A stretch of DNA of 64,000 nt from NCBI RefSeq assembly GCF_009914755.1, contig NC_060930.1; one strand, given 5' to 3'. This DNA comes from the human T2T-CHM13v2.0 reference genome, Homo sapiens. Position 1 is the stretch's first letter. Every line of letters starts with the position of its first letter. The notes beneath the pieces are model-generated. The model did not search any database and was not told the DNA's origin. It saw only the letters and a program-made list of their open reading frames with translations. Positions 16,220-37,419 of this stretch are shown here, one piece after another. The position numbers and the translations under genes were made by a program.

Positions 16220-19200
16220 ATGCATACTATGTTATGATTTTTAATGTAGCCACAATTCTGTTTTCGTTTCAAGTTGAATGTTATTTGGGTTAAGGAGGAT
16301 GGTGTGTGTTTGCATGTTTGGGACACAATATTAGATGCTTTACAAGTAATAAATCTACTTTATGAAATGGATAATTATTGCCCTTGTTTATATAGGTAGT
16401 GAAATTGAAGCTTATTGGGGGTATATTGATCAAAGCCAAACAACCAGTGAGTGGTAAAACCTGGTTTTGATTTTAGATACTTGATGTGGATGGCAATGCT
16501 TTCATTATGTACCTCACCATATTCTAGAATGATAATGTGATCATAAATTAGTCACAATTAACCTAGACTGTTTATATTGAGTTGTAAAAATCTGGGCATG
16601 TTTGTAGGCTTAAAGGAAACAGGCAGGAGAAAAAGAGAGACTGACGATGCACCAGTCTGTGATCAAAAGCCCTGAGGTAACGAGCTACATCTCTTCCTCC
16701 AGGAGGAAGAAGGCAGAGGTGCTCTCTTGTGCCTCAGTGGTGGATGGGGACCAAAGGAGGGTATTTCCTTCTGATACTCTGTGTGTCTCCAGGTAGTTGG
16801 AATTGAAGGCATCTGACAAATGTTAGACAAACACGAGTGATTGAGATTGAAGAAAGACTGGAGTAGTTACTGTGGAGAATGCAAAAGGATGGTTATTCAA
16901 GGTACAGGGACCCCGGTAAGCAGGGGAGGGCAGCTGCTTTTGTGGTCAATGTCCTCTTTGTTCAAGCAATAGGTCTTTTAATGCACTCACGAACTACACT
17001 CGCAAACTCTTTATGTATCTTGAATTAATTGCCCAGTCAAAAAACAATTTTTCCCATTCAGTCGTTTGATCATACTTGTCCGAATTTACCACAACTATTT
17101 ACTTAGTTTGATGGCCTTCATATTAAATTAAAGAATGAGTAGAGCCCAGAGAGCCTAAATTTATAGTGATTAATATTTTCACTTGCCAGAGGCCTGAAAG
17201 AGTATCTTGCTTCAAGTAGATGTGTACTGGGAATTTCCTGGCTGAAGCCAATTGACATCCATGAGTTAGGTTTGCATTCCTTAGCAACGCGCTCTGACAT
17301 TTCATTGCTTTGACTTTCCTAGTGCTTTACCAGCTTTATGAATGATGGATGAGCATTCCTTTAAAGTCTTATCTATCCTGTGTGTCCTTGACCTAACACT
17401 TTGTATCAATGGATATTTCAGCTTCTCCTTGATGGCAGGATTGATCATCACAACCCTTTTCTGACAATTGACCTAGGAGCACAGGAGGCAAAGAATAATT
17501 GACAGAAGGTATAGAATTACAACCTTGACAGCCAACATTATCTACAGAAGAAGGAGAAACAGGTAGATCTGAGAATAATCAATGCCTAGGAGGAACCAGA
17601 AATGATAGGACAATATAGATACATAGAAAAAGACCCAACTAAAGAGTTTTAGACCAAAAATAAGCATGTAGTTCAAAGGACAGTGGTCAGCTGAAATACG
17701 ATAAAGTGTATACAGTAAGTTACAAATCTTGGAAATATTATGTAAACTGTTTGGAAAGGAAGTCAGAATCTTCAAAGAATCTGATAACGCAGAGCAAGAT
17801 AGTACAAAATTAGTTCAGCTCTTCAGATATACCAATATCAGAAACCTGAGGGACATTTATTGACTATTGATTACAGGATGACTTAATTGTTAGATAAACT
17901 TCTCCACCTGTGAGAATCATCTTCTGAATTTCCTGTCTGAATGGGAAAAAGATCTAGTACATGATTAATATTTGATCTGCAAGTAGATAGGTTTGTATAC
18001 TTCTGATATCAAACTTTGAATCATGTGTGTGTATCTGCATCCAAACTAGAGCCTTGATTTAGAACAATTTCTGGCTCTCCCAGATTTACTGTACTTTCCC
18101 ACATTTAATGTATTCCATTCACTTGCTTGAGGAATAAATTAATTGTACTTGCAGAATTCTTCATTTTACCCAATCCTTTAATTTAAATAGTGAAAAAATC
18201 ATCTTTGATAGCCCACTTCTAAGTTTTAGTTTTTATATAATGCTTTGATGTACTTGATTCTGTATTTTTCAGGAATTTCCTGCTGAGATAATTTACCACC
18301 TTCAGAGTATAGACTTGTCTTCTATTAATCTATAGAGGAAAGCTATGCATCCCTCCAGCAAACTATGAATATGTCCAAAAAGTGTTTTCAGGTAGAGCAC
18401 TGTGATTATTTTAGATGACTGGAATGCACTAAAACATGAATTCCACTCTATTGAATATTTAAAAACCCACTTAGAGCTTCTGTCTATGGCATTTGTATAT
18501 TTTCAATATCTGTGACTGTAAGCTATAATTTAGGTCCCTTAATTTCCAGCAATATTTGTACCGGGTACCCTTCAATGATTCTGACCAATGATTAACTTGT
18601 ACAGTTAACTACTTATTATGAATGTTGAGATGAGAAACAAATCATATCTGTCCTCATAATTGCAAGTTCTTTCACTCAAGCCTGATTAATTTGTAATGTG
18701 AATGTGTGAAGAAAAATTCCTTGTCAAGTGTCAAAACAAAGGTTTTAAGAATAAACTTATTTTTGGACAGGCAACCAAAATAATTATACACAATAATCTA
18801 AGGAATGGATAAGATTAGCAACTACATGTATTGTAATTTTATTTTGACATCGATTCTCAACATCATATTAGTTATACTTAGGTATTTGTAATTAAAAAGT
18901 TGTCAATATTATAGGCATGTCTGTGTACAAGCAGATGAGGATGCACACCTTTACTATAGAAAGAACATGGAGCAAACATTGATGCTGGAATGTCAAGGTT
19001 CAGTGACATGTAAGACAATGTATCTCAAGTATGAGATTAATTGTGCATTTCTCTCTGTCAGCTTCAGTTGTTGAATTTGGATTTGAATGATTTCTACAGT
19101 ATTTCAGAAAATAACTTTTTCATTTATTAATAAAGTGTATTTACAATTTTCACCAAGGAATCTTCGTAAGTATGGTAACCTTCTATTCTGTCATCTTTTA

Positions 19201-20501
19201 TCTTTGGAAATGAAGATCGTAGCTTAAATTGATTAGTCTTCAAAAGGTTTGGCTCATGATTAACTACATTATCAAATTGTATTATGCAAGACTGATGTCA
19301 ATTTCTCTAATTGGAGCATGAGATCACTTTTAAAATTCATTAAGTGTTTACTCTATTTTCCAGTTTATAACCTATTACAACTAATAATTTTAGAGCTGCT
19401 GTCTATGGCCTACAGAGTAACACTATTAATATTAATTTCTCCCTTTCAAGTTTATCTTTTCATCTTTTTTATTACCTTTCTTTTCTACTTTTTCCCTTTA
19501 TTCCCTCCTACAATTAAATGACACAGCCTCTTAGCCTACTAAACCTGGAAAGAAGCTCTTGAGCCATTCACTCTAGCCCTTCCAGAAGGTCTATTCACAA
19601 AGCCTGGCTGAAAATTCAGGCTTTACATCTGTGTTAGTCTGAATTCTTCAGAGAAAGAGAAGTCAGTAACTCCTACATGGAGAGCAAGGAAGACATATTT
19701 TTCCTGAAGTTTTCTTTATCAGATCACTTCTGACCTTAAGAAAAAGAATATCTAAGGCGAAGTTAATATTCTGACGCCTGCCTAAAAGAGGACGTGTGCT
19801 CATAAAGTGCATTCTAGATAGAGAGTAAGTGGATGATATGAAATCTCATATCATATTAAACATGGATCAAATAATTTAACTACTTTAGTAATTACAAGTT
19901 CAGAGATGTTACCACAGTCCAAAAATCTAAGAAAGGAGATAAGAGTTCACAGGCAAACTAGATTGACTACCAGTTGAAACTTTTAGTCATTTAAATTGTT
20001 GATAGGCACACTCCTAGAGCTTCAGATAGAGCCTCTTTAATGAAAGGTCTCTCATTCCTGAATACTAAATGCTTGCCAGAAAAGAGTTAAAGAATGGCAA
20101 GGGAATTCTGCATAGGTAAGTAGAAAGCTTCTGGAGTAATACTAGGTGAGTTTTGAAATAACACCGTTATTTACAACTGGGGATTCTATTTTATTCTTCC
20201 CTTTGATTTTTTTTTATATAGTCTTTGGTGAGCTATATTGGCCAATAAAGCTGGAAATGAGATACTAGATATAATAGGTTAGTGAATTTCAGCCTAGGAT
20301 ACAATGTGGCTTTTGAATTCTTTTGCCTCATGTCTTATTTGGATTCCTTTTTTTTATGGAAAAATTTTTTTTTATTATACTTTAAGTTTTAAGGTACATG
20401 TGCACAACATGCATGTTAGTTACATATGTATACATGTGCCATGCTGGTGTGCTGCACCCATTAACTCATCATTTAACATTAGGTATATCATCTAATGCTA
20501 T

Positions 20502-20523
20502 CCCTCCCCCCTCCCCCCACCCC
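20502..20523 (-). other. L1 3'UTR G-rich tract with G-quadruplex potential
   Basis: GGGGTGGGGGGAGGGGGGAGGG on the minus strand. Confidence 0.7.
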
Positions 20524-20578
20524 ACAACAGGCCCCGGTGTGTGATGTTCCCCTTCCTGTGTCCATGTGTTCTCATTGT

Positions 20579-24398
<3,820 letters not shown>

Positions 24399-24461
24399 TA
24401 TAATGTTAGCTGGTTATTTTGCTCGTTAGTTGATGCAGTTTCTTCCTAGCCTTGATTGTCT

Positions 24462-25472
24462 TTACAATTTGGCATGTTTTTGCAGTGGCTGGTACCTGTT
24501 GTTCCTTTCCATGTTTAGTGCTTTCTTCAGGAGCTCTTTTAGGGCAGGCCTGGTGGTGACACAATCTCTCAGCATTTGCTTGTCTGTAAAGGATTTTGTT
24601 TCTCCTTCACTTATGAATCTTAGTTTGGCTGGATATGAAATTCTGTGTTGAAAATTCTTTTCTTTAAGAATGTTGAATATTGGCCCCCACTCTCTTCTGG
24701 CTTGTAGAGTTCCTGCCAAGAGATCAGCTGTTAGTCTGTTGGGCTTCCCTTTGTGGGTAACCCGATCTTTCTCTCTGGCTGCCCTTAACATTTTTTCCTT
24801 CATTTTCAACTTTGGTGAATCTGACAATTATGTGTCTTGGAGTTGCCCTTCTCGAGGAGTATCTTTGTGGTGTTCTCTGTATTTCCTGAATTTGAATGTT
24901 GGCCTGCCTTGCTAGATTGGCGAAGTTCTGGATAATATTGTGTAGAGTGTTTTCCAACTTGGTTCCATTCTCCCCGTCACTTTCAGGTACACCAATCAGA
25001 CGTAGATTTGGTCTTTTCACATAGTCACATATTTCTTGGAGGCTTTGTTCATTTCTTTTTATTCTTTTTCCTCTAAACTTTTCTTCTCACTTCATTTCAT
25101 TAATTTCATCTTCCGTCACTGATACCCTTTCTTCCAGTTAATCGAATTGGCTACTGAGGCTGTGCATTTGTCACGTAGTTCTCGTGCCTTGGTTTTCAGC
25201 TCCATCAGGTCCTTTAAGGACTTCTCTGCATTGGTTATTCTAGTTAGCCATTCGTCTAATTTTTTTTCAAGGTTTTTAACTTCTTTGCCATGGGTTCGAA
25301 CTTACTCCTTTAGCTCGGAGTAGTTTGATCGTCTGAAGCCTTCTCTCAACTCGTCAAAGTCATTCTCCATCCAGCTTTGTTCCGTTGCTGGTGAGGAGCT
25401 GTGTTCCTTTGGAGGAGGAGAGGCGCTCCGATTTTTAGAGTTTCCAGTTTTTCTGCTCTGTTTTTTCCCCAT
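24462..25472 (-). pseudogene. L1 ORF1p, frameshifted
   Basis: ATGGGGAAAAAACAG at 25472; pieces KRPNLRLIGVPE.. and ..RPALKELLKKALNMERNNRYQPLQKHAKL* lie in different frames. Confidence 0.92.
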
Positions 25473-27345
25473 CTTTGTGGTTTTATCTACCTTTAGTCTT
25501 CGATGATGGTGACGTACAGATGGGGTTTTGGTGTGGATGTCGTTTCTGTTTGTTAGTTTTCCTTCTAACAGTCAGGATCCTCAGCTGCAGGTCTGTTGGA
25601 GTCTGCTGGAGGTCCACTCCAGACCCTGTTTTCCTGGGTGTCAGCAGCGGAGGCTGCAGAACAGCGGATACTGGTGAGCAGCAAATGTTGCTGCCTGATC
25701 TTTCCTTTGGAAGTTTTGTCTCAGAGGAGTACCCAGCCGTGTGAGGTGTCAGTCTGCCCCTGCTGGGGGGTGCCTCCCAGTTAGGCTACTCGGGAGTCAG
25801 GGACCTACTTGAGGAGGCAGTCTGTCCGTTCTCAGATCTCCAGCTGCTGCATGCTGGGAGAACCACTACTCTCTTCAAAGCTCAGTTGGAAATGCAGAAA
25901 TCACTCATCTTCTGCGTCGCTCACTCTGGGAGCTCTAGACTGGAGCTGTTCCTATTCGACCCTCTTGGCTCCACCTTCCCTCTTAAACAGTTTTATACAT
26001 GAAACACAAGTTTTACAATCTCACTGGTGTAATATATTTATTTAAACTATAATAAAAAGGCATTAATTAAAATGACACTGGCGAGAAATTTGTGATGCCA
26101 TCTTATTTTTTCTAAATGCTTATCTGACCAGAGATAATTAGTAAACATTAAAAAGTGCACAGAAGTGTAATTTTTAAAATGCCTATTATTACCAATTTTA
26201 CCTGGAAAATCACACTCAATAAAAGTGTGCTTCTTGGGAACTATTATTCATCAAAGAGAAAATAATATATAAAATTAATTATCTCTGTTATAATAGGATT
26301 TCCAAACAACCATATCAGCTCTGTCTTCTCTTGGCTACAAACGACCAAAATGCCAAAGTCTTCCCCAACCAAGCATTCTGGTGTTAAAATCATTCAAATT
26401 TTCTTGAGGAAACTGCACCAATATTGCTGGGCTCTAACACATAAGAGACTGTTGGAGGAGAATGGAAGCATTTAGTAGAGCACCTCACATACTATTAGTG
26501 ATCAAGTAATTTTTGGTGATTAGTAAACAACTTTGATAGTAAAAAATGTGATTCAAAATGTATCCTAAGACTCAATGGTAAAACCCATACATACCCAAAC
26601 AACCCATTCTCTATTTAGAAAAATTATCTTAATAGAAAGTCTCACCACCTCAACGCTATATAATATACAATTAATTATATACCATGTTCCAGAAATAAAA
26701 AGAAAACGTTATAGTTGAAAGGATTGTGGTAACAAAAAAGGAACTATGCATAGAATATTTTTAAAAATCAGTGTTTCCTATTCCAAATAAGCCAGAGAAA
26801 TGTGATAATCTTATTAAGATATCTTTAAAGAACCGATAACACTCAAACCTGAGTTTCATGACACAAGCCCGAAGTTCAATTTGCTTTTGCTGATTCTATG
26901 TTAATAGAGAAATTTGGCTTTTGCAGTAGATTTCTCTACAGGCACAAAATGCCCTGTCCAGAAGACATGAGTATACATCCACATTGACTTCTCTATTGTA
27001 AATAAATAATCTGTTCTCTGTTTAAAATTAGGTGGCATTTTAATGTGTGCTTGTTTTTTGATTTGGTCAATGTGAACCATTTGCTCAAGTTCTATCAATA
27101 CTGTTCACAAAAACAAAACTGTTTGTCAAAAAGAATACCAGATTCCGGCCAAGAGGAATTAGCTGAAAAGTTCTTGCCTGAGGAACTGGCAAATTTACCT
27201 CTATTACATTGCCTTTTAAATGCCTCCATTTGTTTAATAATACTGTTTCAATAATTGAGCCAACATTTATTGATTGCTTATTATAAGATAGGTAGACACT
27301 GTGTCAGATAATATAAAAATGAAGAATACGTAGTCCTACTAAGTG

Positions 27346-27761
27346 TGTTACCAAAACACCAGGGGTTTGGTCTAGGTCCTGCTGCTCACTGCACAGAAAG
27401 CCAATCACTGAGATGACAAGTATTGCCAAAGAAGAACTCTTTAATCGGGTACTGCAGCCAAGGAGATAGGAGCTCAAGTCTCAAATCCATCTCCCTGACT
27501 AACTAAAACAAGAGGTTTATATAGCATGGAAGAAATGTAACATTGTGTAATAAAACTGGAACTATGGAGGGGCAAAGAGGCATCTGGTGCTGTGATTAGG
27601 TGAGCTTCAATTCTTTAATACTTTTTTTGAGAAGCCTGAAGGTCTTTTCCTGAGGAAGAAACTCAGATAAAACAAATACAGGTTTCAAGCTTCAACAGCA
27701 GAAGGGTTAATGTCTATGTTTATCCAAAATAACAATCTATGGGAGTATTGGGTTGGTTTCA
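27346..27761 (-). mobile_element. ERV1 (MER4-group, MER66-like) solo LTR inserted in an L2 remnant
   Basis: TG..CA termini (tgttacc..ggtttca); 4-bp TSD agtg/agta; family name from memory. Confidence 0.7.
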
Positions 27762-28574
27762 AGTAAAGCTCTATCCAGTTTAGGAAACTAAAATATGATA
27801 AGTGAACATGGCTTATGTGATAAATGCTTCCATGCAGGTGAATACAGGATAGTCTGGGAACATAATACAAGCAGTGGGGAGGAAAGTAAATTAGCATTTT
27901 CCAATTCAGATCTCACATAGGCTTGCAGAGAAGGGGATCTTCTCTTAGAGTTCTGCTCTTCCCTAGGATGAGACACTACTGATATTTAGTGTGGGGGTTA
28001 AGGCGAAAGATCCAGAGATATGCAAATAAGTCACACAAATAAAATTGTCACATATTCATGTTCACCCAAGCACTCATGCAGGTGCAAATAGGTAATTATC
28101 TGAGTCTTATTCTTAATTCCATTAAACTAGAATTATCTTTTATACTTTTGATATTCATTTGATTTTGTATAAATAACAATATGAGGTAATTTAAAGGAAG
28201 ATCATTACAATACTTTGTTGGATAATGAGTTTTTATCATTTTGGAAAATAATATCCCCAGTAGAAAAGCCATTGAAGGCATTTTTAACTGCAGTAAAAGC
28301 ATACTTTGTATATGATTTTCAGTAAAAGTATGCTTGTATGATTCTGCATTTGCCGCTGTTATATTTATGTGACCTTACTTATTAGGTATAAATATGTCTT
28401 ATCATGTCTTGTCCTGCGTGGTTGTGCTTCAGCATTAACATGTTAAAATACACATTACATTTTGTTATTATTTTGATTTCTTTTCTATGTTTCCATTAAA
28501 AGATTTTATTAATTTATTTTAAATTGTATGTAGGTAGCTTATAAGAATTTTACTTCATGATAAAAGTAACTATA

Positions 28575-32546
<3,972 letters not shown>

Positions 32547-32595
32547 TTCACATTCCTAAAAATATTTGTTTTTAAAAGAGAGTTTTGTGTTGGTT

Positions 32596-32755
32596 AAGGG
32601 GTAGGGGGCTAGGGGAGGGATAACCTTAGGAAAAATACCTAATGTAGAAGACAGGTTGATGGGTGCAGCAAACCACCATGGCACGTGTATACCTATGTAA
32701 CAAACCCGCATGTTCTACACATGTATCTCAGAACTTAAAGTACAATTTTAAAAAA
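32596..32755 (+). mobile_element. Severely truncated L1PA7-like 3' end
   Basis: aatgtagaagacaggttgatgggtgcagcaaaccaccatggcacgtg..aacttaaagt. Confidence 0.88.
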
Positions 32756-34193
32756 CAGACTTTTTTTTAGTAGTGTTCACAACTAAGTAATAAACAAACA
32801 AATTTATAGGTCTAGGAAAGGATGAGTACCTTTAGGGCAACTGAGAATTTATAAAATTTGATTGTAGAAAGGAGGTGGGAGTCAGATTACCAAGAGCTTT
32901 GTTACCAAGGAAAGAAAACTTCATTCTAATTCCATTTATCCTTCAGACCTGCTTTCTCCTGTGTCTGCCTCAATAATGATTTGAGATCTGGCTAGTTTAA
33001 TTGAGTTCTTGTTGCTAATTATGTTATCCTAGTGTTTGTAACCTAATAGGTTCATATTTAAAGTAATTACACCTTTTGATTTGGAGGTATACTTCCAAAA
33101 TATTACTTATGATAAATATTTTATTAGACCCAGATTTTTATATAAATAATTAGAAGTTTTGGTTTGGGGGTACATCATCTGTTAAGTAGTTTGCTGCTTT
33201 TTTTTTTTAACTATTTGTTTTGCTTTCACTTTCTTTCATCTAAATATAAAAAATAATGATGTGGGTATTTTTTGTTTTGCCCTAGGTTGTTCTGTATTTT
33301 TTTTCAACATATTAGCTGTCCAAGGGAAAAAGATAGAAGCAGAGCCATGATAAGCAAATGAAAAAATTTAAAAATATATATTTATAGTAACAAGGTCTAA
33401 ATTGGGAGAATATCTGGTTTTCCAAAATGAATACAAGGGACTCTAGAAAAATAATGAAAAACATTCAACAATAACAGTCAGCTGATGGTGAGTTCAAAAT
33501 AATCTCTCTAAAAATCTGTCTATTTTATTCTAAATTTTTTAAAAGAAACTCTTTTCTATTTGCTCTTTATCTTCACAAGCAGTTTACACTCCTATTCTTT
33601 ATGGCACTTTTCTTCATCTCTCAAGAATTTATCTTATCCTCAAGATTTTATTAATAGCAAATAGAGCATCCTTATACAATTACAAATATACAGTTCAGGT
33701 CCAGGGAGGATGAATTTGTACCCTTCTCTAGAGCCAGGTTGACTGCTATAATTATTTTTCTAAAGCTCAAAAAATGCAAACAGAAATTTTATTCAGAGTT
33801 CAGGAATGTGTTCAATCCTTAATTGTTCTAGATAACTTAGACAACCTAACAATCAACAGGTTCACTTAATCATGAGCTCCTCAGACAGGAGAACATGAAT
33901 ACAGTCAGGAGGCTAGAAAAGGGTAGGAAAAGATTATAATATTTCCACTGTCTATAAATTTTTATGGCCTGGAGGAGGCAAAAATAAAATTGCAAATAAC
34001 TGAAGTGTACTAATGAAATTTGGCATATGGAGGGATGAAATGATGCAATAAATACAATACAAAGGCCTCTCCCATAAAACAAAAATATTTTTTCTACGTT
34101 CTCTATGAGTTGCAAAAGAATACCTACTGGACATGCGTAAAGATTTTTTAAAACCTGTATATGTATATACAGTACTTTTGCACGTTAAATATG

Positions 34194-34432
34194 CAGTTAA
34201 CCCTTGAACAACATGCGTTTGAATGGACTGGACTTACTTATATGCCGATTTTTTTCATCCAAAGGTAACTGAAAATATATTATACACAGGATGTGAAATC
34301 TTCATGTATGGACGATCAGCTTTTTGTATACACAGATTTAGCAGGTCAGACTGTGGGATTTGAGTAAGCATGGAGTTTGGTATATGTGGGGGGTCCTGGA
34401 ACCAATTCACCAAGTATACTGAGGGATTACTT
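34194..34432 (+). mobile_element. MER8 (Tigger-derived DNA transposon)
   Basis: cagttaacccttgaacaac..gggggtcctggaaccaat..gagggattactt; ~239 bp. Confidence 0.8.
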
Positions 34433-34849
34433 TATTATTTGATTTTCTGTAAGTATAATTACCATCTACTTCAAAGAAAATTTCTGTATAATTTTGTTTA
34501 AAATTCTGTTGTTTTTCATCATTTTGATAAATAATATCACCTAAAGCAATGCTGTCCACATTATTTCTATTGGTAAAAAACACACAATTTTATTAGAATT
34601 TATTTATAATTTTCAGTCACAGGGTTTGACTTACAAGTGCAATTATCTGCCTTAATATCATTTTTAAATTGTGCCAAGCATTTTATGCATTAAAATACAT
34701 ATTTTATTATCAATTTTTTTCTTTTGGTTTATAGTTCCTGTTTCTGTTTTGTTGAATTTCTTTATAAACTTGTATGTGAAGATAGAATACGTTATCTACA
34801 AAAATCACTAAAGGTTTTTTAAATTCTGATAAAGCATTTATCATGAAAG

Positions 34850-37220
34850 CAGAGCATTAAGAGTAACCAAGAAGTGACAATAGAAAGTCAGTGGAACAAA
34901 AGATCCTGGGATCACTCAAACACACAGATGTACAATTAACAACTATTAAAAGACAAGGATGCCACCCTGGATTCACCGTAACTTGGAGGAGAAACCCCCT
35001 GGGCCGACAGAGGCAAGAAAAACTGTGACCTCAAGAGGAATGGTCATTTTAGACTCTGCCACTCCCTGCTTCACAGCAGCAAAATACCACTCACAGAGAA
35101 ATTTCTGAACCCAGGAATTCCAAGGTGGGAGGAGGGAATTGGAGGTGAAAGTCTGATCTCCCCGCTGCTCTGGCAGTCTTCACAGAAAGCACGCTTTGGC
35201 CCTGTCCCATGGAAGAGCTGAACCACTTAGGGTAAACATGAGACAAGGAACAGGATGCTGATCACAGTGACCATCCCACAGATCATGATGGCTACTCTGT
35301 GCTCCAATTAGTGGAGCTGTCACGCAGAGGAGATTGGTTATGCCATAGCACTGTTAGGGCATTATCCATGGGAAGGCCTAAGTCCCTGGCCAGATTCCCC
35401 AATTATCTCAGGTGCTCCTATGGAGCCTTTTCCTGACCAAGAAACATTTAAAATGTTACAATTAAGCTCTGGTGCTTGCTTAAGTCTTTCTCAGACCCAG
35501 AAACCACTGCAGCTTTAAGTTGCAGTGTAGCAATTAACTTGTGGTGTGAACTGTACATTCTCCCCAGAACAGGGCAACAACAGGCCAGCAATTAAATTCT
35601 GATATTAAGTAGTAAAGGTTTAACACTCAAAGAACACCTGCGAAAGCTGAAGAGGTGGCCATGTCCTCAAATGCACAGATACCAATGTAAGGACACAGGA
35701 TTGTGAAAAATCAGAAAAATGACGCCACCAAAAGAAACCAATAAAGCTCCAGCAACCAATCCCCCAAAATTGAAGGTGACAAGATATATTGAGACAAGAA
35801 AATGAGAAATTGACAAAGAAATAAAAACAATTTAAAAAACAAATATAAATCCCAGAAATAAATAATACAATAACTGTACTCAAAACTTAATAGAAAGCTT
35901 CAGAAAACGGACTTGATCAAACAGAACAAAGAATCAGTGAGGTCAAAGACAGAACATATGAAATTATCTAATTAGAGGAGCAAAAAGAAAGAATTTTAAA
36001 AAGTGAAGAAGGCTTATGGGACTTATTGGATACCGTCAAACAAACTAACCTTCGCATAATAGGAGTTCCCAAAAGACACAAGAAAGAAAAAGGCCTATAA
36101 AGCGTATTTGAGAAGAAAAAAACAGCTGAAAATTCTCAAATCTGGAAGAAGACGACAGCATCCAGGTACAAGATGCTCCGAAGTCACCAATAAGACTCAA
36201 CCCAAAGAGAAATTCCCCAAGGCACATCATAATAAAATTATTAAAAATCAGAGACAAAAAAGAATATTGAAAGTGGCAAGAAAAAAGAAACGTATTATAT
36301 TCAACAGAGACCCCCATGGGGTTTTCAGCAGATTTCTCAGCATAAACCCTCAGGGCCAGGAGAGAGTGGGACAATACATTCACAGTGCTGAAGGAAAATA
36401 TTGCAAACTAAAATACTGTGCCCAGCAAAGCTATTCTTCAAACATAAAGGATAGATAAAGATTTTTTCAGGCAAACAAATTTGAGGGAATTGATCAAAAC
36501 CAGATCTATCTCATAAGAAATGTCAAAAGGAGTTCCTCAGTTTGAAAGAAAAGGGTGCTAATATGTAACAAGAAAACATCTGAAGGTATAAAACTCACTA
36601 GTAAAAGTATAAGGACAAATTCAAATATTCTAATACTGAAATTGTGGTGTGTAAACCACATACATCTTTAGTATGAAAACTAAGACAAAACTATTAATAA
36701 ATAACAATAATAACTGCAATTGATTAAGAGATAGGAAATATAAAATAACGTTAATTGAGACCTCAAAAAGTGAAAATGTGGGGGGGAAATGATGTTAAGT
36801 GTAGAGTTTGGTTTTGTTTCTTTTCTTTGCTTGCAACTAAAGATGTCATTCAGCTTAAAATAACCTGTTCTAACTATAAGATGATTTTTGTAAGCCTCAT
36901 GATAACAGCAAAGCAAACATCTACAATAGATGATACACTAAAAATAAATAGCACAGAACCAAAGCATACTACTAGAGAAAATCACTTAACCACAAAGGAA
37001 AACTGTAAGAGAAGAAAAAAGGAAGAAAGGATCTACAAAACATCCAGAAAACAAGTGATGAAATGACAGTAGGAAGTCCTTACTCATCAATAATAACCTT
37101 GAAGTAAACAAATCAAAGTTGAAGTCCCCAATTAAAAGACATGATGTGGTTGAACTGATTTAAAAGAAAAGACCCAACTATAGGCTAGTACAAGAAACTC
37201 ACTCACCTATAAAGACATGA
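34850..37220 (+). mobile_element. Old L1M 5' part: 5'UTR, degenerate ORF1, inter-ORF and start of ORF2
   Basis: ORF1-like ccaaggcacatcataataaaatt..ccaggagagagtgggac; ORF2 start atgacagtaggaagtcc at ~37063. Confidence 0.75.
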
Positions 37221-37224
37221 ATTG

Positions 37225-37418
37225 TGTGGACATTTCTCCTCTTTGTAAGGAGATTAGCTGTATTGGATTAAGGACAAATTGTGCTCCAGTATGATCTCAT
37301 ATTAACTAATTACATTTGTAACGACTTCATTTCCAAATACAGTCACATTCTGAGATATTAGGGGCTAGGATTTCGAAGTATAAATTTTTGGGGGGTGCAC
37401 ACAATTCAACCCAAAACA
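37225..37418 (-). mobile_element. MLT1 LTR fragment
   Basis: tttccaaatacagtcacattctgag..acacaattcaacccaaaaca. Confidence 0.7.
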
Positions 37419-37419
37419 A

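Noticed and set aside
17000-20300. Repeat-poor stretch as a hidden gene or enhancer
   Set aside because: Only short random ORFs, no CpG island, nothing recognisable; conservation data would be needed.
20341-20372. TSD or short transduction at the L1PA3/4 tail (ttcctttt vs ttccctctt at 25976)
   Set aside because: Too short and low-complexity to support.
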